A DNA stretch of 64,000 nucleotides from assembly GCA_040772485.1 (NCBI GenBank), contig JAXGYC010000007.1, positions 160,001-224,000 of the forward strand, read 5' to 3'. The notes beneath the pieces were generated by a model, which was not told the origin of the DNA, searched no databases, and was given only the letters and a program-made list of their open reading frames with translations. A program made the position numbers and the translations under genes. Positions 20,532 through 29,381 of the stretch are shown one piece after another. Position 1 is the stretch's first letter, and each line of letters begins with the position of its first letter. This DNA is from Sedimentisphaerales bacterium (lineage in GTDB: Bacteria; Planctomycetota; Phycisphaerae; Sedimentisphaerales; Anaerobacaceae).

Positions 20532-20795
20532 TCAATTCAAAAAGTCCGCAATTTCTATGGCATCTCCCACCATTTCATCACTCCTGGGACAACCAATCAC
20601 CACACCATAGCCCGGAATCCCTTGGCAGGGCGGAGCGAAATCGCCGTAGAGATGGCCTGCTCGTTCTGGCGGGGGGGTGGTCAGGGGAGCAAAAGGGTCA
20701 AGGCCAACGAAGTGGGCATTCAGGAGGATTCGGGGCTCAAGCTGCTCAAGGGCTAAAGGTGTCTCAGGGCGCAAATTCCACGTCGCCCCATCCAT
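20532..20795 (-). CDS. Very short LEPRxLL-motif protein (87 aa), possibly a gene remnant
   Basis: ALEQLEPRILLNA motif near the N-terminus. Purine-rich RBS-like GAAGGGGG before ATG 20795. Confidence 0.55.
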   Translation of the reverse strand: MDGATWNLRPETPLALEQLEPRILLNAHFVGLDPFAPLTTPPPERAGHLYGDFAPPCQGIPGYGVVIGCPRSDEMVGDAIEIADFLN

Positions 20796-20917
20796 CGCCC
20801 CCTTCAGACCCGATGATACAGTTCCCACTCGTAACCCCTGCCGTAATCGGCTAAGCTTCCGAAAGACCCGCAGACAGCTCAGCATGCTTATCATAGCATG
20901 TACCCGCCACCCGAATC

Positions 20918-20937
20918 AATACGTATCTATACGTATT
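20918..20937. promoter_or_regulatory. Inverted repeat, candidate transcription-factor site
   Basis: AATACGTAT-CT-ATACGTATT upstream of the polysaccharide-locus head genes. Confidence 0.45.
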
Positions 20938-20947
20938 TATCGGACCC

Positions 20948-20971
20948 ATTCTCCCCACGCGTGGGGAGAAT
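20948..20971. repeat. Perfect 24-bp palindrome
   Basis: ATTCTCCCCACGCGTGGGGAGAAT equals its own reverse complement. Confidence 0.85.
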
Positions 20972-21822
20972 ACAAAAGGAGCCGGAAACACACATCACAG
21001 CAAGAATGTCGTCTCCCGGTAACTGTCCCACCGATTGTGCGAGTTTATGAAAAGCCCCACCGGTTGTGGTTATCGCGCAATCGGCCTACGAGGCATGGGG
21101 GCGAAAATGGCCAACCACTCTCGATAGGATAGGTACGTCTCCCACAATGTCATCACTCATGGTGACAACAAAGTCATGCACACCACATCCGGAATGTCTC
21201 AACAAGGCAATGCGCAAAGCACCGGCGCACGCACAACGACACGGGGATGATTCGCTCCTGGAAATGTCTGCGAAGAGGCCGCTCGATTCACGGCTTGCAC
21301 GAGTGCGGAAAACCGAACCGCCTTTCGTTGGCCGTTACGCACCCTCTGAACCGCCATGGCCTCCCTTGCCATTCCCACTTGCATTCCTCCGTGACTGGGT
21401 CTCCATCTTCGATCTCAACAGCCTTTTCGATCGGAGGCCCGATGATCGCCGCGGCACACCGACCGTCCTCAGTCGAGTCTTGCGGACGCTCATAATTCCT
21501 GAGGCGATTGGCATCATAGCGTACGCCTGTTCGCTGTCTATTGTGGAAAGTACGTAATTTGCGTTGGTACTTTCGCGGCCCCTGTTGCGCAGAAGTGCCG
21601 CCTGTAGATGCCGAGTCCTGACATCTACTTTCGTGTGATCTCTCCGTTCCGCTGGCAGGACGGCCTCCATCCGATCTGAGAGACAGGCGCACGGGTCTTC
21701 GGTACCCTCTGATGTTGCCCGGATAGGAAAGGGATACAAACAGAAAGGCCTGAGCCGAACCACGGTTGCATGGTCCCGCTCAGACCTGTGAGGCTGCACG
21801 GAGGTCTCTGTCGCCTGAAGAG

Positions 21823-22881
21823 TTATCCGATTCTTGTCGCGGCAATGGGGTTGTGCGGGCAATCAGGATAGGCGTAACGATCGCTGCGCCGCCCGGCCGC
21901 AACTCGGGATTCCTCGCGAAACAGGGGCTGACAATCCTTCGCGATCCGTCGCAGTTCCAGCATTTCGGCTTCGGCAACGGGGCGAACGGAACGGCCCGCT
22001 TCCACGGCCTTGTCCAGCAGATCGAGCCACGAAGGCGGGATCGCCGCAACGACGCCAGGCAGTGAAAGGGTGAAATGCACCGCCAGGTCCGTCTCCTTCT
22101 GCTCCTCCGTCGTGCGATACCACCATCTCCTCGTTCGCTCGACGCCCTGCGGCCACGATCCTTTGGACAGCGCCTTGATGGCGATGACGGCCGCCCCTTT
22201 TTCGCCGGCCAGCTCGATCACCTGTTTGCCGAAGCCCGAATCGAAGTAGTCCACGAAGCTCAGAGGAAACATCACCGAGTCGAATGCGAAGCCGTTCAAA
22301 GCCGCCACGGCGCCGGCTGTCGTGTGAGCCGAGAAGCCGAAGTGGCGAATCTTGCCTTCTTCTTTGGCCTTGAGGAACGTTTCGAGGGCTCCGTTCGGCC
22401 CCAGGGCCTGCTTGACCTCGTCTTCCGTGAAGATGGCGTGCATCTGGTACAGGTCGAAGTGGTCCGTCTTGAGCCTCTTGAGCGAGCGTTCCAGTTCCAG
22501 GCGTGCGCCGTCTTTGTCCCGCATCTTGGTCTTGCAGGCCAGGAAGATGCGGCTGCGATCGATGCCCTGCAAGCCGATCCCCATCTTGATCTCGGCGTCG
22601 CCGTCTTTTCCATAGGCCGGAGCGACGTCGAAGTAGTTCACGCCCTGATCGAAGGCCTTGTGCAATCCGGCTGTGCCCTGGGCCTGATCGTAGTTGGCCA
22701 GGGCCAGGCCGGGGAATCCCACCACCGAAACCCTTGCGCCCGTTCTGCCCAGCACCCTTCGAGGCACGCCGAGAGAATCCTGTGCCAGGTCGGCTCCCCG
22801 AGCCTGCGAAAGCGGGCCGCCGCCCAATGCGTAGCTGCCGGCGACGGTCCCGACGGCCTTGAGAAATGTGCGTCTTTCCAT
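21823..22881 (-). CDS. Tat-exported aldo/keto reductase
   Basis: MERRTFLK twin-arginine signal; LGRTG, GVNYFDVAPAYG, LKTDHFDLYQMH, GKIRHFGFSAH. Confidence 0.92.
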   Translation of the reverse strand: MERRTFLKAVGTVAGSYALGGGPLSQARGADLAQDSLGVPRRVLGRTGARVSVVGFPGLALANYDQAQGTAGLHKAFDQGVNYFDVAPAYGKDGDAEIKMGIGLQGIDRSRIFLACKTKMRDKDGARLELERSLKRLKTDHFDLYQMHAIFTEDEVKQALGPNGALETFLKAKEEGKIRHFGFSAHTTAGAVAALNGFAFDSVMFPLSFVDYFDSGFGKQVIELAGEKGAAVIAIKALSKGSWPQGVERTRRWWYRTTEEQKETDLAVHFTLSLPGVVAAIPPSWLDLLDKAVEAGRSVRPVAEAEMLELRRIAKDCQPLFREESRVAAGRRSDRYAYPDCPHNPIAATRIG

Positions 22882-23037
22882 GGTGTATCCCCCTTGTCAG
22901 AGTCGATCCGGATTTGCGGCACGCGATCACATCGACATCGCTGGGGAGCCTTCGTCAGAAGCCCCGGCCATGACGCGGACGATTCTACCATGAACGCGGC
23001 AGTTCAACAATGCAGGAGTTCATAGGACAGGAATGGC

Positions 23038-25917
23038 TTATGCCACCTTGCCACACGCGGCACATTCGAGTGCGATCGAGGCCAGGTGTTCGGTCACCCG
23101 GCCCCGGACCCACACGGGACCGCCGTAGGAGCAAATGCTTCGATACAGCCCGATCTGGTCGGGGAAGAAACTGACCTCGGCCAGACCGGTGGAATCCTCC
23201 AGGGTGACAAACCCCATCACCCGGCCGTCGCTGGTCCTGGCGCGCCGTGCGGTCGCCACGAAACCGGCCACTGTCGTTCTCTTTCCAACGAGGCGCTGCA
23301 ATTGGACCGCTGGCACGTATCCGGCCGGCAGCAATATCGCCGGGTGCACGCCAAAGGAAATACCCGTGACGTCCAGCTCCGCCTTCAGTTTTGCAATCCG
23401 GTCATAGTCCGGCAAACGCTCTGCACGATGGTCCCGATAGATATCGAATAGCATCGGCTGGTCCGGCTTGGGCAGGGCCAGATGCAATCGATTGAGCATC
23501 GCCGGACGCGTGGATCCCAGGCCGTCGCAGGCGCCGACGTGAATCAGATTCTGCAACTGCGGCTTGCGAAACGCCACGCGCTGCCTCAGGTCGTCGAGGT
23601 GCTCGAACGCGCGAATCTGCCGCTGGCGAACGATCTCGTTCGCGGTGCTGTGGTTCAGTCCCTTGACGATATTGAACCCGGCTCGAATCGCCCTGCCCTG
23701 CACGCTCCATTCAATCTCGCTGTGATTAACGTGGACAGGCAGGATCGGAATGCCCCGCCTTCTGGCATCCCAGACGTAGACCCGCAACGGGTACATCCCG
23801 TGGTGGTTGTTGAAAAGGGAGCAATAGAACTGAGCCGGGTAATGGGCCTTGAGATACGCGGTTTCCCACGCGATGTTGGCATAGACCGTCGCATGGGCCT
23901 TGCAGTAGGAATACGCCGCAAAACGCAGAATCTCATCCCAGATCGCCTCAGCGCTCCGGCGGTCGATCCCCGCCCGGTCTGCCTTCGACCGAACGAAATC
24001 GACGTACTGCGCCTGCAAACGGGCGGGGGAAACCTTTTTGGAGACCTCGGAGCGAAACCGATCCGCGTCGGCGACCGTATAGCCGGCCACCTCGACTGCG
24101 ATCCGCATGACGTCCTCCTGATAAAGCATCACGCCATAGGTGTCGCCCAGCAACTGTTCGAGTTTCGGATGGAGGTATGCAAAGGGCTTTCCGTGGACGT
24201 GCCTCTCGATGAACGCCGCCTTCATTCCGCCGGAAGCCGGTCCCGGCCGAATCAGGGACAGGGCAATCGCCAGGTCTTTCCTGCTCCTGACCTTCAGGCC
24301 GCGAAGCAACTGCCTCATGCCGGGCGATTCACTTTGAAACACGCCCAGGCTGTCGCCGGCGCTGAGCATCTGCGCGGTCTTCTCGTCATTCGGATCGAAG
24401 TCCAAATCGCGTTTGTTGCCGTGGCCACGATCGATGATTTGAATTGCGCCGTTAACCGTGGACAAGGCCCGGTTGCCCAAAAGGTCGATCTTGACCAAAC
24501 CGACAGCTTCGGCGGCGTCTTTGTCATACTGCGTAATGACGACCCCTTTGGCGGCCCGTTCCAGCGGAGCGATATGGCTTACCGGGGAAGGAGTCACGAC
24601 GATCCCGCCGCAATGAACACCCAGATGACGAGGGATGCCGACCAGGCTCTTCGCCAGCCGGTAAACAGCGGAGGTCTCTTTGATCTTTCCGCCTCGGGTC
24701 AACTGGTTGATCTGGACGGGCGCCAGTCCCAGGGCTCTGCCGGCGTCGCGGATCGCGCTGCGAAGCCGGTATCGATTGACATTGCAGACCATCGCGACAT
24801 TTTCGAAGCCCCAACGCTCGTAACAGAACCGGATGACCTCGTCCCGTCTGCGCCAGCACAGATCGATGTCGATATCGGGACAATCCGTCCGCCCGGGATT
24901 CATGAAACGCTCGAAGTACAGACGGTTTTCGACCGGACAGACCCGCGTGAAACCCAGCACATAAGAGATCAAAGCCCCGGCGGCCGAGCCCCGCACCTCG
25001 ACCGGAATCCGGTTCTGCCGGGCGAAACTGACGATCTCGTGGACCACGAGGAAGTAATCACTGAACCCGTTCTGCCGGACCGTCGTCAGTTCGTATTCCA
25101 GGCGCCGAAGGACTTCCTCGCTCACAGGGTTATACTTCTTCGCCAGCCCTCGATGGCACAGTCTGGCCAATTCCCTGTCGGCGTTCATCCCTGCGGCCAG
25201 CCGGACCTTGGGCAGAATCGGTTTGCCCGTCAGCAACCGGAAATCGCATCGCGGGACCATTTCGTCGGCATGGAGAAGGGCTCTCGGGACCTTGTGGAAC
25301 TTTCGTTCCACTTCTTTAGCCGGAATCATCGCGTCCAGACCGCATGGATCGGGTGGGCCGGCCCCTGCCCCGCTCATCGTGCGGATTCTATTCAAGACTT
25401 TGAGAATCTCGACATCGCCCTCTTGTAGCCAGTTGGCATGTCGCCAGGCCACAGACTCGAACCCGGCCGCGTACGCACGCGCCGCCTCCTCCGCATCGCC
25501 GCAGCCGACGAACAAATACCCTTTGCTCAAGACCTGTCTCAATTCGCTCAAGAGTTCCGGCATGTTGCACAGACAGATCACCCCCCTGCAATCGATTTTC
25601 AACTGCTCGACGAGATCGAAACAGGGATCGAGATTCCTGGCGGTGATGATTCGGCAAAGATTCTCGTACCCGTGGCGATTCTCCGCCAGCAGGATTGCAC
25701 GCTGGGTCTCGGTCAGAATCTCGACGCCGAGGATCGGCCGAACGCCGGCGACCTCCGTTGCCTTCCAGAGATCGACCGCGCCCGAGAGCGAATTGACGTC
25801 GGCCACGGCCACCGCCCCATAGCCGCACTCGGCGGCCCTGGCGACCCATCGCTCAACCGAAACGGCCCCCCTCAAAAGGCTGTAGAAACTCCGGCATGTC
25901 AGCGCCGCGATGCGCAT
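23038..25917 (-). CDS. dnaE2: DNA polymerase III alpha subunit, accessory (DnaE2-like, probably error-prone)
   Basis: RGSAAG, LYFERF, PDIDID, PRHLGVHCGG, KIDLLG, YSYCKAHA and a C-terminal OB fold. PHP metal histidines are degenerate. Downstream of lexA. Confidence 0.88.
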   Translation of the reverse strand: MRIAALTCRSFYSLLRGAVSVERWVARAAECGYGAVAVADVNSLSGAVDLWKATEVAGVRPILGVEILTETQRAILLAENRHGYENLCRIITARNLDPCFDLVEQLKIDCRGVICLCNMPELLSELRQVLSKGYLFVGCGDAEEAARAYAAGFESVAWRHANWLQEGDVEILKVLNRIRTMSGAGAGPPDPCGLDAMIPAKEVERKFHKVPRALLHADEMVPRCDFRLLTGKPILPKVRLAAGMNADRELARLCHRGLAKKYNPVSEEVLRRLEYELTTVRQNGFSDYFLVVHEIVSFARQNRIPVEVRGSAAGALISYVLGFTRVCPVENRLYFERFMNPGRTDCPDIDIDLCWRRRDEVIRFCYERWGFENVAMVCNVNRYRLRSAIRDAGRALGLAPVQINQLTRGGKIKETSAVYRLAKSLVGIPRHLGVHCGGIVVTPSPVSHIAPLERAAKGVVITQYDKDAAEAVGLVKIDLLGNRALSTVNGAIQIIDRGHGNKRDLDFDPNDEKTAQMLSAGDSLGVFQSESPGMRQLLRGLKVRSRKDLAIALSLIRPGPASGGMKAAFIERHVHGKPFAYLHPKLEQLLGDTYGVMLYQEDVMRIAVEVAGYTVADADRFRSEVSKKVSPARLQAQYVDFVRSKADRAGIDRRSAEAIWDEILRFAAYSYCKAHATVYANIAWETAYLKAHYPAQFYCSLFNNHHGMYPLRVYVWDARRRGIPILPVHVNHSEIEWSVQGRAIRAGFNIVKGLNHSTANEIVRQRQIRAFEHLDDLRQRVAFRKPQLQNLIHVGACDGLGSTRPAMLNRLHLALPKPDQPMLFDIYRDHRAERLPDYDRIAKLKAELDVTGISFGVHPAILLPAGYVPAVQLQRLVGKRTTVAGFVATARRARTSDGRVMGFVTLEDSTGLAEVSFFPDQIGLYRSICSYGGPVWVRGRVTEHLASIALECAACGKVA

Positions 25918-25956
25918 ACCTTCCCCGCCCATACCAACGACACTGTACAGAAATGG

Positions 25957-26808
25957 TTATCGACCGATGGCGATCCTGGCCAGATTCGGATATGTCTTGA
26001 GAAGCCCCTCTGGAATCGGCTGCTTCTTCCCGGTGACGAGGGCCTTCAGTTCGAGAGCATTGGCCAGTTCGGCCCCTCGGTAATGATTGTTGGCGATTAC
26101 GGTCAGCGACTCGAAGGCCTTGCCCAGCTCGTCGAGCCGCTGCTTGATCCCGGCTAATTCGCGCTCGTTGTAGTAATAGTTGTAGACCTCATCCCGTCCG
26201 GCCTTGCTGAACCACTTCTCGGCGTTCCTGCCGTGCATGCGAAAATAGCCCGACCGGCCGACCGTGCAATGCTGCAACTTGAACGACTGCTTCGACGTCG
26301 GGTAATCCAGATTGCACACCGTCACGCCGAGCCGCTGGAGAAAGTCCAGCGCCCCTTGGCTCTCCCACGACACGTGCCGCAACTCCACCACCAGGCTGAA
26401 CGTCTCCTGGAAATGGCTGACGATGTCCGCCAGGTGCCGCCTGGCAGGCTCGCCGTCGGAAAAATCGTACCGGAACTGAACGAGAAGATGCCTCAGTTTC
26501 CTCGCCTCCAGGAACGGCTCAAACCCGCGATGAAACTGCTTGACGATCTCCGGATCGACCTTGCCTTCATGGGTGAAGCTCTGGTGCAGTTTAGCGGTAA
26601 AGAAGAACTCCGGCCTCTGTGACGTCCGCTCCAGCCAGGACCGAACCGTTTTGGCGAACGGCGGCCGGTAAAACGTGCTGTTGATCTCGATACAGTCCAC
26701 GAACCCGCTGACATAGACGAGTTGATCGATCTGGGAATCGGTGTACACGATCCCTTCCCAGTCCGCATAGGACCAACCCGCGATGCCAATGGAAACCGGA
26801 CAGACCAT
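25957..26808 (-). CDS. DUF72 (YecE) family protein
   Basis: GIAGWSYADW, EINSTFYRPP, KLHQSFTH, VELRHVSW, YFRMHGRN, NNH motifs. Confidence 0.92.
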   Translation of the reverse strand: MVCPVSIGIAGWSYADWEGIVYTDSQIDQLVYVSGFVDCIEINSTFYRPPFAKTVRSWLERTSQRPEFFFTAKLHQSFTHEGKVDPEIVKQFHRGFEPFLEARKLRHLLVQFRYDFSDGEPARRHLADIVSHFQETFSLVVELRHVSWESQGALDFLQRLGVTVCNLDYPTSKQSFKLQHCTVGRSGYFRMHGRNAEKWFSKAGRDEVYNYYYNERELAGIKQRLDELGKAFESLTVIANNHYRGAELANALELKALVTGKKQPIPEGLLKTYPNLARIAIGR

Positions 26809-26816
26809 CGTCGCAC

Positions 26817-27437
26817 CTACCTGATTTCCGTGCGGATGCAGCCGATGACCCGGCCGACCGCGCGAACGTCTTTATCGAACTGCCTGATATAGCGGGTTTT
26901 GTACCCCGCCTTGCGATTGGCCGGCTTCAGGGCGATCCGGTTCTTCTGAACGAACACCCTCTTGACCGTGGCCTCGTCGTCGAGCAGCACGACGCCGATC
27001 TGCCCATCCTCGATCTTCGAGCCGGATGCGACGACGACGTAATCGCCGTCCATGATGCCCTCGTCGACCATGCTGTCGCCGGAGACCCGCAGGGCAAAGG
27101 TTCCCTTCGAGCAACGGAAGAGCTTTTCGAAGGTCATGTAGCCTTCGATGTTCTGCTCGGCCAGGATCGGCTCGCCGGCCGCGACCCGCCCAAGGATCGG
27201 CAGACCTTCGGCGTCCGCTGTCTCGTCAAGATACGCCGGAGACAGACGAAGCCCCCGGTGGCCGCCCACATCCACCAGATAGCCCTTTTTCCTGAGATAG
27301 CCCACGAGTTGATAGGCCGCATTCTGGGCCATCTTGAAATGGCCGGCGATCTCCCGCTGGCTCGGCGGGTGGTCCTCCTGCAACCGGGCGGCGACAAACT
27401 CCAGAACCTTCCTTTGTTTTTCCGTCAATGGCTCCAT
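26817..27437 (-). CDS. lexA: SOS repressor LexA
   Basis: N-terminal HTH (PPSQREIA), cleavage site GRVAAGEP, catalytic GDSM and ATVKR, GGAG RBS. Confidence 0.95.
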   Translation of the reverse strand: MEPLTEKQRKVLEFVAARLQEDHPPSQREIAGHFKMAQNAAYQLVGYLRKKGYLVDVGGHRGLRLSPAYLDETADAEGLPILGRVAAGEPILAEQNIEGYMTFEKLFRCSKGTFALRVSGDSMVDEGIMDGDYVVVASGSKIEDGQIGVVLLDDEATVKRVFVQKNRIALKPANRKAGYKTRYIRQFDKDVRAVGRVIGCIRTEIR

Positions 27438-27466
27438 AGCATACACTCCAAACAAACCCAAATGCC

Positions 27467-27495
27467 AATCTATGGTTGATTGACCATTGTGTCAA
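27467..27495 (-). promoter_or_regulatory. Sigma70 promoter of the lexA cassette
   Basis: Minus strand TTGACA (27495-27490), 17 nt spacer, TAGATT (27472-27467). Confidence 0.75.
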
Positions 27496-27499
27496 TCAA
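27476..27499. promoter_or_regulatory. Candidate LexA operator overlapping the lexA promoter
   Basis: Perfect inverted repeat TTGATTGAC-CATTGT-GTCAATCAA, with an overlapping ATGGT-N6-ACCAT at 27472-27487. Confidence 0.6.
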
Positions 27500-27565
27500 A
27501 AAAATCCCACGATCTCGATTTTTTCTTGACCGGCTCGCCCTGCCCCCTCGATAAGGGGCATTGTC

Positions 27566-27594
27566 CTGACGCAAATACCGCTGGACACTATAAT
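27566..27594 (+). promoter_or_regulatory. Putative sigma70 promoter of the macrodomain/ADH operon
   Basis: CTGACG, 17 nt spacer, TATAAT. Confidence 0.55.
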
Positions 27595-27645
27595 AAGCTC
27601 CACCGCCGAGCCGTTGCTCGCCGGCGCATCGAGGAGACCGAGATC

Positions 27646-28176
27646 ATGAGGGTCGAAGTAGCAGGCCGTGTTCTGGAACTGATCGAGGGCGATATCACGG
27701 AGATGGACACCGACGCCATCGTCAACGCGGCCAACGCCCGCCTGATCCTGGGCGGCGGCGTGGCCGGCGCGATCGCCCGCAAAGGCGGTCCGGCCATCCA
27801 GGCCGAATGCGACCGGATCGGAGGCACCTTCGTCGGCGGCGCCGCGATCACCACCGGTGGCCGCCTGAAGGCCCGGCACGTGATCCACGCCGTCGGACCT
27901 CGCATGGGAGAGGGCCGCGAGGACGAGAAGCTCACCAACGCAACCCGGAACGCGCTGAAAGTGGCCGATGAGAACGGCCTCAAGAGCATCGCCTTTCCCG
28001 CCATCAGCACCGGCATCTTCGGCTTCCCCATCCAGCGCTGCGCCGAGATCATGCTGGCGACCACCATAGACTATCTCAAGGGACAGACCGGCCTCGAACG
28101 AGTCGTGTTCTGTCTGTACGGCCGCGAGAGCTTCGACGTCTTCGCCGAGCAGCTCAAGCGGGAGCAGATCGCATGA
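27646..28176 (+). CDS. Macrodomain protein (O-acetyl-ADP-ribose deacetylase/ADP-ribosyl hydrolase, YmdB-like)
   Basis: GDIT..DAIVNAAN..LGGGVAGAI, VIHAVGP, SIAFPAISTGIFGFP. RBS GAGGAG. Confidence 0.93.
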   Translation: MRVEVAGRVLELIEGDITEMDTDAIVNAANARLILGGGVAGAIARKGGPAIQAECDRIGGTFVGGAAITTGGRLKARHVIHAVGPRMGEGREDEKLTNATRNALKVADENGLKSIAFPAISTGIFGFPIQRCAEIMLATTIDYLKGQTGLERVVFCLYGRESFDVFAEQLKREQIA

Positions 28177-29210
28177 AGGCGATCATACTTCCACGAATTG
28201 CTCCTATCGAAGAGGAACCGCTGGTCGAGACGGAACTGCCGACGCCGGTTCCGAAGAACGATGAGATCCTGGTGAAGGTCTCGGTCTGCGGCCTGTGCCA
28301 TACCGATCTCGACGAGATCGAAGGCCGGCTCCCGCCGCGCACACTGCCCGTCGTCCTGGGACACCAGGTCGTCGGAACCGTCGTCCAGCGAGGTCCGCTC
28401 GCGACCGTGCACGAGATCGGGGCGCGCGTCGGCGTCACCTGGCTGTATTCCAGTTGCGGGACGTGCCCGTTCTGTCGAAGCGGCCGGGAGAACCTCTGCG
28501 ATCGCGCCCGCTGGACCGGCAAGGACGCCAACGGAGGCTACGCGGAATTCATGGTCGTGCGCGAGGGCTATGCGCACTCGATCCCCGCGGTCTTCTCCGA
28601 CGCGCAGGCGGCGCCGTTGCTGTGCGCCGGCGTGATCGGCTATCGGGCGATTCGCCTGTCGGAAATCTGTGACGGCCAGACTGTCGGTCTGTTTGGATTC
28701 GGGGCCTCGGCCCACATCGTGATCCAACTGCTTCGGCACCAATTCCCGAGGAGTGAAGTGTTCGTCTTCACGCGAGGCGACGAGCACAAGGAGCTGGCTC
28801 GCACACTTGGCGCCGCCTGGACCGGTTCGCCTGCAGACGAGCCACCGGTCCGACTGGACCGGGCCATCGATTTCACCCCGGTCGGCGAGACCGTTCGACA
28901 GGCCCTGTCCGTCCTGAACAAAGGCGGACGTGTGGTCGTCAACGCCATCCGAAAGGCGAGCGCCGTGCCGGAGCTGATCTACGAACGGCATCTCTGGGAC
29001 GAGAAGGAGATCAAGAGCGTCGCCAACGTGACACGGCAGGATGCCCACGAATTCCTTCCCCTGGCCGCCGACATCCCTCTTGACTCGACAGTCGAAGAGG
29101 TTGGGCCCGAAAGGATCAATCAGGCCCTGCTGCGCCTCAAGGAGGGGAAGATCCGGGCCGCGGCGGTGCTGCATCCGGCGGCGGGCGAGCGGCATGGCCC
29201 GGTCCCGTAA
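28173..29210 (+). CDS. Zinc-dependent alcohol dehydrogenase family protein
   Basis: CGLCHTD, GHQVVG, CGTCPFC...NLC, LLCAGVIGYR, GFGASAH. ATGA overlap with the upstream gene. Confidence 0.93.
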   Translation: MKAIILPRIAPIEEEPLVETELPTPVPKNDEILVKVSVCGLCHTDLDEIEGRLPPRTLPVVLGHQVVGTVVQRGPLATVHEIGARVGVTWLYSSCGTCPFCRSGRENLCDRARWTGKDANGGYAEFMVVREGYAHSIPAVFSDAQAAPLLCAGVIGYRAIRLSEICDGQTVGLFGFGASAHIVIQLLRHQFPRSEVFVFTRGDEHKELARTLGAAWTGSPADEPPVRLDRAIDFTPVGETVRQALSVLNKGGRVVVNAIRKASAVPELIYERHLWDEKEIKSVANVTRQDAHEFLPLAADIPLDSTVEEVGPERINQALLRLKEGKIRAAAVLHPAAGERHGPVP

Positions 29211-29241
29211 CCCTGGGTTTCCCACAAACCTGCGTTTTGCC

Positions 29242-29269
29242 TTGACCTGCCGTGCGAAACGACTATACT
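29242..29269 (+). promoter_or_regulatory. Putative sigma70 promoter
   Basis: TTGACC, 16 nt spacer, TATACT upstream of the ferritin-like gene. Confidence 0.5.
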
Positions 29270-29381
29270 GATTTTTGGTCGGCTGCGTCCCCAACACCGA
29301 GTGAGACGCTCCGTGGTGGGCCGGACCATGTCGTGGCGGCTGGGGGACAGATGGGTCTCTGCTTGCTCTGGGAAGCACCGC

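Noticed and set aside
20941..20973. CRISPR array
   Set aside because: Only one repeat-like unit, no second copy at spacer distance and no cas genes in the window. Kept only as a palindrome finding.
21000..21820. Short ORFs in the 1-kb spacer (21066-21557, 21288-21692, 21335-21862)
   Set aside because: No motifs, weak RBS, and they overlap one another on both strands. A small basic peptide (MSVRKTRLR...) cannot be excluded but is unsupported.
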